A DNA stretch of 58,040 nt from assembly GCA_028717725.1 (NCBI GenBank), contig JAQUNG010000001.1, positions 1 to 58,040 of the forward strand. The letters are read 5' to 3'. Under the pieces are notes generated by a model that saw nothing but the letters and a program-made list of their open reading frames with translations, had not been told where the DNA came from and did not search any database. This document shows positions 18,452-28,063 of this stretch, one piece after another. This DNA is from a bacterium (lineage in GTDB: Bacteria; Auribacterota; UBA6266). Position 1 is the stretch's first letter. Every line of letters starts with the position of its first letter. The position numbers and the translations under genes are program-made.

Positions 18452-18733
18452 ATGGAAATTAAAGAGAATGAAGTTTATACAACTGAAGAAGCCCAGAAAC
18501 TGCTGAAAATAAGCTCCAGCACAATGATGCGAATGATTAAGAAGGGACTTATCAGGACCGGGCGTGCGGGGAAACAGTACAGGATATTGGGCAAAGAGAT
18601 TTTAAGGACTGTTTCGCCGAAGCTTGAAGACCGGGTGGGCAAGCTTTATAACAAGGGGAGACAATGGGTTCATGAAGGTATAGGTGAAAACAACGATAAA
18701 TTAAAAAAAGGGGATGATAATGTTAAATCATGA
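18452..18733 (+). CDS. Helix-turn-helix DNA-binding protein, excisionase-family/MerR-like HTH
   Basis: YTTEEAQKLLKISSSTMMRMIKKGLIRTGRAGKQYRI fits the excisionase-family HTH pattern. 93 aa. The 3' end overlaps the pseB start by 20 nt. Confidence 0.65.
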   Translation: MEIKENEVYTTEEAQKLLKISSSTMMRMIKKGLIRTGRAGKQYRILGKEILRTVSPKLEDRVGKLYNKGRQWVHEGIGENNDKLKKGDDNVKS

Positions 18734-19700
18734 TTTGTTTAGCGGCAAAACTGTTCTGATAACAGGTGGAACAGGCTCTTTCGGAAGGAAATTTACGGAA
18801 ATAGTGATTAAAAAACATAACCCTAAAAAACTTATCATATTCAGCCGCGACGAGATGAAGCAATATGAGATGCACCAGGAATTTAATCAGAAGAACATAA
18901 GGTATTTCATCGGTGATGTGCGCGACCCAGACAGGCTTCATAGGGCTTTCCATGGGGTTGATGTCGTAGTTCACGCCGCCGCGCTTAAAATTGTGCCGTC
19001 GGCCGAGTATAATCCGTTTGAAGCCGTTAAGACAAATGTTATAGGCGCGGAGAACGTGATAAACACAGCGATAGATAATGGCGTGAAAAAAGTAATAGCA
19101 TTAAGCACGGATAAAGCGGCAAACCCGGTGAACCTTTACGGCGCGACTAAACTTTGTTCGGAAAAAATGTTTATTGCGGCCAATAATTATTCGCCGGAAG
19201 GGACAAAATTCAGTGTAGTAAGGTACGGGAACGTTTTCGGTTCGCGAGGGAGCATAGTGCCGTTTTTTAAAGAATGCAGGAAAACGGGCGTAATTCCCAT
19301 AACAGATAAAAGGATGACTCGTTTCTGGATAACCCTGAGCCAGGGAGTGGAATTTGTAATAAGCTGTGTCAGTTCTATGAGGGGCGGGGAAGTGTTTATA
19401 CCTAAAATGCCCAGCATGAAAATAACCGATCTGGCAAAAGTTATAGCTCCTGAATGCAAATTAAAAATAGTAGGCATTAGGCCTGGCGAGAAACTTCATG
19501 AAACACTTGTTCCCGCGGATGATGCTTTTTCCACGGTGGAAAAAGAGGACAGGTTTATTACATGTCCCACTATTGTCTTTAATAAAAAGAGCAAACATGT
19601 TGGAGTCTGCCTCAAAGATGATTTTTCCGGGTATCGAAGTGACAATAATACGAGATGGCTTACGGTGAGTGAACTTAAAAAAATGGCGGATACGGAGTAA
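18714..19700 (+). CDS. pseB: UDP-N-acetylglucosamine 4,6-dehydratase (inverting)
   Basis: TVLITGGTGSFG, FSRDEMKQ, FIGDVRD, YGATK, RMTRFWIT and GIRPGEKLHE motifs. Near-collinear with Helicobacter FlaA1/PseB as recalled. Confidence 0.92.
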   Translation: MIMLNHDLFSGKTVLITGGTGSFGRKFTEIVIKKHNPKKLIIFSRDEMKQYEMHQEFNQKNIRYFIGDVRDPDRLHRAFHGVDVVVHAAALKIVPSAEYNPFEAVKTNVIGAENVINTAIDNGVKKVIALSTDKAANPVNLYGATKLCSEKMFIAANNYSPEGTKFSVVRYGNVFGSRGSIVPFFKECRKTGVIPITDKRMTRFWITLSQGVEFVISCVSSMRGGEVFIPKMPSMKITDLAKVIAPECKLKIVGIRPGEKLHETLVPADDAFSTVEKEDRFITCPTIVFNKKSKHVGVCLKDDFSGYRSDNNTRWLTVSELKKMADTE

Positions 19701-19711
19701 TTAAACACAGT

Positions 19712-20869
19712 ATGCGAAATATTCCCTACGGAAGACAACATATAGACTCTGATGATATAAGAGCGGTTATCAAAGTGCTGAAATCCGATTTTATCACTCA
19801 GGGCCCGGCAGTCAGCGCGTTTGAAAAGAAACTTGCATCCTATTGCAATGCTAAGTATGCAGTGGCTGTTTCAAGCGGGACAGCGGCGCTTCATCTGGCT
19901 TGTCTTGCTATTGGATTGAGCAAGGGCGATGAAGTTGTTACTTCGCCCATAACGTTTTTAGCGACCGCAAATTCTATACTGTATTCCGCGGCAAAACCTG
20001 TTTTTGCGGATATTGATTATGAGACAGTTAATACCGACCCTGCTGAAATAAAGAAGGCGATAACATCCAAAACCCGGGCCGTTTTACCCGTTCATTTTGC
20101 CGGTTTGCCCTGTGATATGCCTGAGACACACAAAATCGCAAAAAAGAATAACTTAAAAGTCATAGAAGACGCCTGTCATGCTTTGGGAGCGGAATATAAA
20201 CACAACGGCAAATGGATAAAAGTAGGCAGTTGCAAACATTCGGATATGACGGTATTCAGTTTTCATCCCGTAAAACATATTACTACCGGTGAAGGCGGGG
20301 CTATAACAACAAATAACAGAAAATATTATGAGAAACTGCTGAGCTTGAGAAACCATGGGATAGTTAAACCTTATGAAAAATGCAAAAAAACAGGCCCGTG
20401 GTATTACGAGATGAGGGCGCTTGGGTTTAATTACAGGATGACGGATATCCAGGCCGCCCTGGGGCTATCGCAGTTAGATAAACTTGATGATTTCGTAAAA
20501 AAACGCCGGGAAATCGCAGATCGGTACAAAAAAGCTTTTTATGGCATGCAAGATATGTCTTTCCAGAGAGAATTATCATGGGCGAAATCATCATACCATC
20601 TCTTTGTGCTTAACATTGATTTTGAGGTTATGGGAATCAGCAGGAAATCTCTGATGAAGATGCTGCTTAAAAAAGGCATAGGCACCCAGGTGCATTATAT
20701 TCCATTGTACAAACAGCCTTACTATAAAAATGTGTTGCCCCGGAATAGAATTCTGCATAATACAGAGCGTTACTACCGAAGGGCTTTAAGCATACCGATT
20801 TTTCCAGCCATGAAACACAGTGAAGTTTCAAAAGTGGCAGAAGAAATAAAAAAGATTACGGGAAGATAG
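19712..20869 (+). CDS. pseC: UDP-4-amino-4,6-dideoxy-N-acetyl-beta-L-altrosamine transaminase (DegT family)
   Basis: IPYGRQHIDSDDIRAV start typical of PseC. PLP-Lys context SFHPVKHITTGEGG. Adjacent to pseB. Confidence 0.85.
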   Translation: MRNIPYGRQHIDSDDIRAVIKVLKSDFITQGPAVSAFEKKLASYCNAKYAVAVSSGTAALHLACLAIGLSKGDEVVTSPITFLATANSILYSAAKPVFADIDYETVNTDPAEIKKAITSKTRAVLPVHFAGLPCDMPETHKIAKKNNLKVIEDACHALGAEYKHNGKWIKVGSCKHSDMTVFSFHPVKHITTGEGGAITTNNRKYYEKLLSLRNHGIVKPYEKCKKTGPWYYEMRALGFNYRMTDIQAALGLSQLDKLDDFVKKRREIADRYKKAFYGMQDMSFQRELSWAKSSYHLFVLNIDFEVMGISRKSLMKMLLKKGIGTQVHYIPLYKQPYYKNVLPRNRILHNTERYYRRALSIPIFPAMKHSEVSKVAEEIKKITGR

Positions 20870-20875
20870 TTTGTT

Positions 20876-22732
20876 ATGTGTGAAAGAAAAAAATATATAG
20901 TTGTGGAAGAATATAACCCCGATTTTGATTATTCGGCGGGCAATGTCCTGTCCTTGTCTCCATGCGCGTCGTATCAGTTAGATAATACGGGCATAAAATA
21001 TTCCGTACTTTCAGATTATTTGGGAGAAGAAGAAATAAGGAAAGATGAAAAAGAGATCTTTGATAAAGAAATGGCCTGGTGCAGGAGTTTCGATGAATAT
21101 CTTCAATCCCGGCTGACTGTTTTCCGGGAAAAAAATATTCTGCCGGTGTATTTTCATTTTTCCCGGTTCAAATACCTGATTGACTCTCTCGTTATGCAGA
21201 CCAGGAGGGTAAAGAGTTTTTTGAGAATATGCGCGCCCACGGAGGTGTTGTATATAGGCGATACACCTGTTTCCGCCGGAAGCTACTCTATATTTAACAT
21301 CAGAAAAGCTTCGCGGGAAATGTTTATAAAGCTTTTTGAGACTGTTTGCAGGGAATGCGATGTAAAGTTTTCTTTTGTTCCATCTAATAAAGCCGCAGAA
21401 ACGAATGAGACCCTGCCCGGCGTGAGGGCACAAAAGAGCAAAAGTATTTTAAAATATTTTTTCGGCAGAGAAGCGAGAAATATTTTTAAATATATCCTGC
21501 CGGTTATGTTTGTTGCCGGCGGCAAGCCGCTGAGAGGAAAGAAGATACTGTCTCTCGACGCGGGCACTTTGTCTATCGACGGCGCTATCAGGAAACTTAT
21601 TAAAGGCGGCGCCGACGTGTATGTCAAGAACAGGTCGGAAATATATAAAATAGGTCTCTTCCCCGAAAAAAAATGTTTTGCCGCTCGGGAAAGCTTAAAA
21701 TATCCGGAGTTGGAAACAATGCTGAAAGAAGCGGCGTCTTTTTCGGGAGAAGGGCGCAAGCTCATCGGGTTTATAAGCGGTCTATGCGGAGTCAATGCCG
21801 ATGAATTGACAAGTCCTTTCCTCTCGTGGTTTGTGGAAAAGGACTGCAGGGCGTTTTTCTATGAATATTCTGCCCTGGAGGAATTCTATGCCGAGAACGG
21901 CATCGATGCGGTTATCTCGCGAAGCAGTTCGGGTATTAATTACCCTGCGGCGTTGAACGCATCTATGAACAGTAAAAAAGTCAAGAGAGTATGTTTCCAG
22001 CACAGCTGCGGGCCCCTTGACTGGAGGGACCTGTATCAAGGCGACATAGGCTATTTTGATTATTTTTTCTCCACAGATTCTGTTTCGGAAGAGATTTACA
22101 AATATGCCTCGAAAAAATACGGCTATGAGAGTTGCAGGATTTTACAGGCTCCTCATTACCTTCGGGGATTAAGCAAAAAGCACAACTGGAAAAAGAGAGC
22201 GGAGGAGAAACCCCTTGTTATATTTGTTCCCAAAAAACAGGATTTAAGATTTCAGAAATATAATGCGGGCAGCGTCCTGCTTACGTGGTATTACGATTTT
22301 TTGAAAAAAATCGTGGATTATATGTCAAAACGCGATGATTTCTGTTTTGTGTTCAAGTATCCCGTATCGTCGGGTTGGTATTATGATTCCATAATAAAAT
22401 ATATAAGCAATATGAAACCTGCAAACATAAAACTGTCTTCCGGGAAATTGTATCAATATTTCGGCAGAGCCGAAAGATTGATACAGGACAACGCTTCAAC
22501 CCCCATGTTTGAAGCGTGTGCCGCCGGATTGTCTGTCCTGGCGATGTACAGAAAGCCTTTGTCGCCATCCGCGATCGCCGAAAAAGAATTTTCCGGGATA
22601 TTAAAGCCCTATACTGACGCAAGAGACGCAATTTCCAATATCGAGGAATTTCTTAACACGCCACGGGAAAGATATATGAGGAAGCTTAACTTCCAAGAAG
22701 ACGAGCTCTCGCTTATATTTCAGGGAGTGTAA
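20876..22732 (+). CDS. Hypothetical 618-aa protein; C-terminal half looks like a GT-B/TagF- or capsule-type transferase
   Basis: Long uninterrupted ORF with no TM or signal peptide. The C-terminal pattern (LVIFVPKK...AERLIQDNASTPMFEACAAGLSVL) is reminiscent of GT-B donor-binding halves. I recognised no family signature. Confidence 0.6.
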   Translation: MCERKKYIVVEEYNPDFDYSAGNVLSLSPCASYQLDNTGIKYSVLSDYLGEEEIRKDEKEIFDKEMAWCRSFDEYLQSRLTVFREKNILPVYFHFSRFKYLIDSLVMQTRRVKSFLRICAPTEVLYIGDTPVSAGSYSIFNIRKASREMFIKLFETVCRECDVKFSFVPSNKAAETNETLPGVRAQKSKSILKYFFGREARNIFKYILPVMFVAGGKPLRGKKILSLDAGTLSIDGAIRKLIKGGADVYVKNRSEIYKIGLFPEKKCFAARESLKYPELETMLKEAASFSGEGRKLIGFISGLCGVNADELTSPFLSWFVEKDCRAFFYEYSALEEFYAENGIDAVISRSSSGINYPAALNASMNSKKVKRVCFQHSCGPLDWRDLYQGDIGYFDYFFSTDSVSEEIYKYASKKYGYESCRILQAPHYLRGLSKKHNWKKRAEEKPLVIFVPKKQDLRFQKYNAGSVLLTWYYDFLKKIVDYMSKRDDFCFVFKYPVSSGWYYDSIIKYISNMKPANIKLSSGKLYQYFGRAERLIQDNASTPMFEACAAGLSVLAMYRKPLSPSAIAEKEFSGILKPYTDARDAISNIEEFLNTPRERYMRKLNFQEDELSLIFQGV

Positions 22733-22753
22733 GAGTGAAAAAAGGATTTTGAA

Positions 22754-23518
22754 ATGGTTATAATAGGGGTAATACAGTCGAGAGTCGGTTCAAAAAGATT
22801 GCCCGAGAAGTGTTTTTCCTTAGTACACGGTGAACCCCTCATAGGTGTGGTTATAAGGCGGCTTCTGGACTCAAAGTATATAACCAAAGTCATTATAGCC
22901 GCAACGGATAAGGAAGAGGACAAAGCTCTTAATGCTGTCGCGGCGGGATATGGCTGTGAGTGCTATCACGGCAGCGAGAATGATATAGTCGACAGATTGT
23001 ATAGGGCAGGACTCAAAAGCGGAGCGGATATAATCGTCCGCGTCTGGGGAGACTGTCCTCTGGCGGATTCCCGTCTCATCGACAGGTATATCGATGCCTC
23101 TTTGCGGGATGATGCTGATTTTACGTCCAATATCAGCCCCAGAAGTATTCCTGCCGGTCTTAATGTGGAAATCTATAAGATGTCGGCGCTGAAAAGAATA
23201 CTCGATGAGACGAAGGATGAATTTTACAGAAAGTACCCGAGGAATTACATACTGGATAAAAATGATTTCAAAGTTTGCAATATAAACATAAATTCCTCTT
23301 TAGCCGGCGTTAACCTGTGTGTCGATTATCCCGAGGACTTGGCGTTTGTAAATAAGATATTCCTGAAATTCAAAAAGAGCGGTTATAAATTTTACATAGA
23401 GGATCTTGAAAACCTGTTTAAAAAAGATAAAAAACTCGCGGATGCAAGGCAAAATCTGAAGAGAAATGCTGAATATATTAACGAGTTGGAAGAAAAAGAA
23501 AAAAGGGGTAAATTATGA
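22754..23518 (+). CDS. pseF: CMP-nonulosonic acid (pseudaminic acid) cytidylyltransferase, SpsF/PseF type
   Basis: N-terminal IGVIQSRVGSKRLPEKC nucleotide-binding motif of the CTP_transf_3 family, in Pse gene context. Confidence 0.6.
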   Translation: MVIIGVIQSRVGSKRLPEKCFSLVHGEPLIGVVIRRLLDSKYITKVIIAATDKEEDKALNAVAAGYGCECYHGSENDIVDRLYRAGLKSGADIIVRVWGDCPLADSRLIDRYIDASLRDDADFTSNISPRSIPAGLNVEIYKMSALKRILDETKDEFYRKYPRNYILDKNDFKVCNININSSLAGVNLCVDYPEDLAFVNKIFLKFKKSGYKFYIEDLENLFKKDKKLADARQNLKRNAEYINELEEKEKRGKL

Positions 23519-24072
23519 AAACATATTATTTAACCGGCAAAAAAATATATTTCCGGTCTTATGAGCCGGAGGATGTGAAAGATAACGTGTTTAACTGGGT
23601 AAATGACCCGGAAGTCACGTATTTTATGTTAACCGGGCAGAAACCTATGACGGTTGAAGCCCTGTTAAAAGAGTATGAAACGCTTATAAGCGACCCCAGA
23701 AACGTGATATTTGCGGTGGCGGACAAAAAAACGGGCAAAATGATAGGCACCATAGGGCTTTATAATGTAAGGCCTGTAACTTGCGCGGCTGAATTAAGAA
23801 TAATTATCGGCGAAAAAAAGGTATGGGGCAAAGGTTACGGAACGGAAGCCTGTCTGATGCTCCTGGATTATGCTTTTAACAGACTTAACCTCCATAAAGT
23901 TTTTCTCGGTGTGAACAGCGACAATAAGAGCGCCGTGAAATGTTATAAGAAAGCGGGGTTTATCGAGGAAGGTATTTTAAGGGATGAAATTTATAGGAAC
24001 GGCAAATTTTATGACGCCCTGAGGATGAGTATATTAAGGGCTGAATACGAGAAATTGAACGGGGGAAAGTAA
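23515..24072 (+). CDS. pseH: GNAT N-acetyltransferase (RimL-like); PseH candidate
   Basis: 185-aa GNAT pattern (IGLYNV...LRIIIGEKKVWGKGYGTEA...AFNRLNLHKV). ATGA overlap with the cytidylyltransferase. The role is assigned by context. Confidence 0.55.
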   Translation: MKTYYLTGKKIYFRSYEPEDVKDNVFNWVNDPEVTYFMLTGQKPMTVEALLKEYETLISDPRNVIFAVADKKTGKMIGTIGLYNVRPVTCAAELRIIIGEKKVWGKGYGTEACLMLLDYAFNRLNLHKVFLGVNSDNKSAVKCYKKAGFIEEGILRDEIYRNGKFYDALRMSILRAEYEKLNGGK

Positions 24073-24090
24073 TTTTTTCAGGTGTGTGCC

Positions 24091-25119
24091 ATGGGAAAAA
24101 AGAAAATTAAGGCGGCGATAATAGGGTGCGGACGGATTGCATACGGTTTTTCAAAAGATCCTAAACAAGTAAAGCCCGCGAGTCATTTCGAAGCGTATGA
24201 GAGCAATTCTTCAGTGGACTTAGTCGCCGTATGCGATAGGGATAACAGTAAATCGGGAAACTTCGAGCCGAACTACAGGTTCTATGAAGATTACAGGAAT
24301 CTTATAGATGAACATTGCCCCGATATCATAAGCATATGCACCCCGCCGGGTTCGCACTTTGAAGTCGCGCGTTACGCAGTGAACGCTGGTGTCAAAGCCA
24401 TATTTTGCGAGAAGCCTATGGTGTCATCGCTCAGGGAAGCTGATGAGCTGGCTGAACTGGTTAAGAAAAATAAGACGGTGCTTGCCGTTAACTTTATGAG
24501 AAGATGGGACCCCTTCTTGAACAAAATCGCTGATTTTATAATGAGCGGGGCTTTGGGAAAGATAATATTGGTTGACTGTTATTATACGGCGGGGGTTATA
24601 AACACGGGTTCTCATATGATAGACCTGCTGAAGATGCTGACCGGATGCGATGTAGAATTTGTCAGGGCCGAAGGACAAAGCGAAAGGGAGGTTTCTGATC
24701 CCACGGTTGACGTAATATTGCGGTGTAACAAGCAATTCAACTGTTATTTTCACGGTATGGAAAAAGATGATTATATGATTTTTGAAATGAACATTTACGG
24801 CTCCAAAGGAAAAATTATTTTATATGACAATGTCAGAAAAGCTTCTTACTGGGTCGCGAAAGACAGTCCGAATAGAACCGGATATAAAGAATTGGCTGAA
24901 GAAAAACATAACTGGGGAGAAAGAAAGGGTTCTTTAATAGATAAAGGGCTTGAAAAGTTAATAAGCGCCTTTAATGGTGAACAGGTGAGATATTGTAATG
25001 TTAATGATGGAGCAAAGACGATCGAAGTGCTGGCGGGTATTATGATGTCTGTAAAAAAACATGGCGAAAAAGTTTCTTTCCCGCTGAAAAACAGGGATGT
25101 TTCTATCGGAGGAGTATAA
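24091..25119 (+). CDS. Gfo/Idh/MocA-family NAD(P)-dependent sugar oxidoreductase
   Basis: IKAAIIGCGRIA Rossmann motif and FCEKPM motif. ATG 24091 with an AGGTG SD is preferred over GTG 24082. Confidence 0.85.
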   Translation: MGKKKIKAAIIGCGRIAYGFSKDPKQVKPASHFEAYESNSSVDLVAVCDRDNSKSGNFEPNYRFYEDYRNLIDEHCPDIISICTPPGSHFEVARYAVNAGVKAIFCEKPMVSSLREADELAELVKKNKTVLAVNFMRRWDPFLNKIADFIMSGALGKIILVDCYYTAGVINTGSHMIDLLKMLTGCDVEFVRAEGQSEREVSDPTVDVILRCNKQFNCYFHGMEKDDYMIFEMNIYGSKGKIILYDNVRKASYWVAKDSPNRTGYKELAEEKHNWGERKGSLIDKGLEKLISAFNGEQVRYCNVNDGAKTIEVLAGIMMSVKKHGEKVSFPLKNRDVSIGGV

Positions 25120-26412
25120 ATGAGTTCAAAACTGGCGATTTCAGGCGGCAGAAAAGTGAGAGAAAAACCCTTTGTTACCGTTCCGCGTATCGGCGAAGAA
25201 GAGAAAAAACATGTTATTGACGTTCTGGACAAAGGTATATTGTCGGGTTTTGTCGCCGGCCCGGGAGAAGCTTTTTACGGTGGAAACAAAGTAAAAGAGC
25301 TTGAAGGGAAGTTCAGGGATTACTTTAATGTGAAACAGGCTATAGCTGTCAACTCCGCCACGGCAGGGTTGCATGCGGCTATTGCGGCAGTCGGGATTGG
25401 TCCCGGAGACGAGGTTATAGTTACGCCATATACTATGTCGGCATCCGCGACGGCTATACTTATGCAGAACGGAATACCTGTTTTTGCCGATATAGATGAG
25501 AAAACTTTTTGTGTGGATCCCTGCGAAGTAGAGAAGAAAATAACTTCCAGAACGAAAGCGATAATAGCGGTGCACCTGTTCGGGCAATCCGCGGATATGG
25601 ATAAAATAATGGGTATCGCAAGAAAACACAAGCTTTTCGTCATTGAAGATTGCGCCCAGGCTCCCGCCGCGAAATACAAAGAGAAATATATCGGGACTAT
25701 TGGCGACATAGGTATTTTCAGTCTCAACCAGCATAAGATTATCACGTGCGGAGAAGGAGGGGTTGCCGTTACAAATAACGATGAACTGGCTCTTAATATA
25801 CGGCTTGTCCGGAATCACGGGGAAGTTATCATTGACAAAATGGAATTTAAGAACCAGCCGGTTATCCTGGGGTGGAACTACAGGATGACCGAACTTGAAG
25901 CTGCTGTTTCAATCGGACAGTTCTCAAGACTGGATGCTCTTACCGAGGAAAGAAGGCATCTGGCGGAATATCTGACATCGAAAATAAAAGGTATTGAAGG
26001 TATCGTTCCTCCTTTTGCGCCTGACTGTAACGAACATGTGTATTTTGTCTATCCTGTTAAATTAGATGCAAATAAATTAAAGATAAAAAGAGATGTTTTT
26101 GCCGCGGCTTTAAAAGCCGAAGGCATACCCTGCGCAACAGGTTATGTCCGCCCGATATATCTTGAGCCGACATATAGAAATCTTAAAGGGTACGGCAATG
26201 CCGGTTGTCCGTATAAATGCCCTTTTTACGACGGGGAAATATCTTATAATTCCGGCGATTGTCCTGTTTGCGAAAGAATGCATTTTAACGAATTGATTGT
26301 ATTGCCCGTGTGCAGGTCTCCGCAAACGGAAAGAGACATGGATGATGTCGCGGAAGCCGTCATAAAAATTGCAAATAATATTGATGAGATAAAGGAGAAA
26401 ACGGAAATATGA
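25120..26412 (+). CDS. DegT/DnrJ/EryC1/StrS-family PLP-dependent sugar aminotransferase (second copy)
   Basis: 430 aa. PLP-Lys context FSLNQHKIITCGEGG. GGAGGAG SD. Confidence 0.85.
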   Translation: MSSKLAISGGRKVREKPFVTVPRIGEEEKKHVIDVLDKGILSGFVAGPGEAFYGGNKVKELEGKFRDYFNVKQAIAVNSATAGLHAAIAAVGIGPGDEVIVTPYTMSASATAILMQNGIPVFADIDEKTFCVDPCEVEKKITSRTKAIIAVHLFGQSADMDKIMGIARKHKLFVIEDCAQAPAAKYKEKYIGTIGDIGIFSLNQHKIITCGEGGVAVTNNDELALNIRLVRNHGEVIIDKMEFKNQPVILGWNYRMTELEAAVSIGQFSRLDALTEERRHLAEYLTSKIKGIEGIVPPFAPDCNEHVYFVYPVKLDANKLKIKRDVFAAALKAEGIPCATGYVRPIYLEPTYRNLKGYGNAGCPYKCPFYDGEISYNSGDCPVCERMHFNELIVLPVCRSPQTERDMDDVAEAVIKIANNIDEIKEKTEI

Positions 26413-27050
26413 AGCGCGAGAAAAAATGGGTTCCGCCGGGCAAAAACTGCGGCTTGTGCGGAGTAAAGACCTGCGGAGAATTCTTAACCCTTATAAGAAA
26501 AGGCAAAAAAATACCTGAAGATTGTGTATTTTTTGTGAAAGATAGGGGGCCTGTTTGCGTGGTGGCGAAGAATAAAAAAGCAAACATTAAAAAAACGGAT
26601 ATTCTGGGAAATAAATTTGATTTTATTTTAGATCCTCTTCCGGGGGAAGTCTCCGCCAGAAAGATTGTATTGCCTTTCAGGCCTGATATTGTCGAGAGAT
26701 GGAAGATAAAGAAGGGCGATATTGTAGTTGGCCGCCCTGAGGGGGCGGGATGTCCCGTCCAACATGTTTTGCAGGTTATTAAAGCCAACAGAACCACGGG
26801 AGTTCTTGATACATGGTGTGTAGGCCCGCGGTATTCAAGAGATGCCAAGGTGTTTGATGTAGAAGCTTATCATATGATAGCTTTCGAGGGGATTGCCGAA
26901 GTCGTGAGAAAAGAACCTCAATTCGGGAGAAGGCAGTATTTTCTGCCGGGTTTCTGTATGATGAATATGGCTCATACCGGTGTCGTTAATATGGTTATAA
27001 AAAAGCCCGCCGGTCTGCAAATCAGGGTAGAAGACATAAGATTTTTATAG
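26409..27050 (+). CDS. Protein with N-terminal putative Fe-S cluster-binding domain; remainder unassigned
   Basis: PGKNCGLCGVKTCGEF resembles the Cys motif at the N-terminus of RnfB-type proteins. ATGA overlap upstream. Confidence 0.45.
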   Translation: MKREKKWVPPGKNCGLCGVKTCGEFLTLIRKGKKIPEDCVFFVKDRGPVCVVAKNKKANIKKTDILGNKFDFILDPLPGEVSARKIVLPFRPDIVERWKIKKGDIVVGRPEGAGCPVQHVLQVIKANRTTGVLDTWCVGPRYSRDAKVFDVEAYHMIAFEGIAEVVRKEPQFGRRQYFLPGFCMMNMAHTGVVNMVIKKPAGLQIRVEDIRFL

Positions 27051-27067
27051 ACCAAAGGAGATAAAAA

Positions 27068-28063
27068 TTGAAGGTGTTAGTTACAGGAGCAGCGGGATAT
27101 TTGGGAAGCAACGTGTTTGCCGGCCTGGCGGCCAATTCAAAAATTGAAAAAGTGATCGGCATTGATAATTTTTGTTCAGCCGAGAAAAAAATATTTTTAA
27201 AATACCTGAAATCCATGCAAAAAAACAAAAAACTGGTTTTCAGGGAAATGGATTTCTATGATCTTGAGAATTTAATACCGTTGCTTGAACAGTCGGATAT
27301 TATTGTCCATTTGGCGGAAGAAAAGGAAAAGGAGATCTATTCTGAAAAAATAACCATCAATAATACCAAGATTATCCAATGGCAGAAAAATGTGGAAGGG
27401 TACAGGCGCATGCTTGAAGCGTCTATTATATGCGGGATAAAAAAAGTGATACTGGCCTCATGGGCTGGGGTGTATGTCCGGTCTGAAAAGGAAAAAATGA
27501 GGGAGAATGAGCCTTTGGTTCCCATAAACCAGTATTATCACCAGAAGCTTTCACAGGAATTTTATAATAAGATTTTTTCGAAGGAATATTTTTTAGATAC
27601 AGTAACGCTCAGGATGTCCAATATTTACGGTATCGGTTTTAATCCTTACAGGTTATCTATTTACAAGGAACCCGGTGTTATATCCGTTATGATTGCGGAT
27701 GCCCTGAAGAATGGGAAAATAACGGTCCATAACGGGGGTGTCCAGAAGCGGAATTTTCTGCATATCGGCGATGCCGTAGACGCCGTAACTAAATCGGTAT
27801 GTTTTGCGGGAAAATTCGGAGGGAATACACTTAATATCTGTTCCGATGAGGAAACGAGTATCATTGATATCGCAAGATGTATTTCGGTCCTTACAAAAGC
27901 CGAAATTATCCATAGAGATATGAACTGGCAGAAAAATATCATTCAGCATGACATATCAAACCTCAGAGCTAAGAAAAAAATCAAATTTCATCCGTCATCC
28001 GGCATGAGGGAGAGGATAAAAGATATGATAAAAGCAATCAGGAAGAAGGAGAGCAAAAGTTGA
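27068..28063 (+). CDS. NAD-dependent epimerase/dehydratase (extended SDR)
   Basis: VLVTGAAGYLGS Rossmann motif and Y-x3-K (YYHQK). TTG start with an AAGGAG SD. Confidence 0.8.
   Translation: MKVLVTGAAGYLGSNVFAGLAANSKIEKVIGIDNFCSAEKKIFLKYLKSMQKNKKLVFREMDFYDLENLIPLLEQSDIIVHLAEEKEKEIYSEKITINNTKIIQWQKNVEGYRRMLEASIICGIKKVILASWAGVYVRSEKEKMRENEPLVPINQYYHQKLSQEFYNKIFSKEYFLDTVTLRMSNIYGIGFNPYRLSIYKEPGVISVMIADALKNGKITVHNGGVQKRNFLHIGDAVDAVTKSVCFAGKFGGNTLNICSDEETSIIDIARCISVLTKAEIIHRDMNWQKNIIQHDISNLRAKKKIKFHPSSGMRERIKDMIKAIRKKESKS

Noticed and set aside
18452-18733. The excisionase-family HTH as evidence of a prophage or integrative element
   Set aside because: There is no integrase, transposase, phage gene or flanking direct repeat anywhere in the window. 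The gene is embedded in and overlaps the sugar operon.
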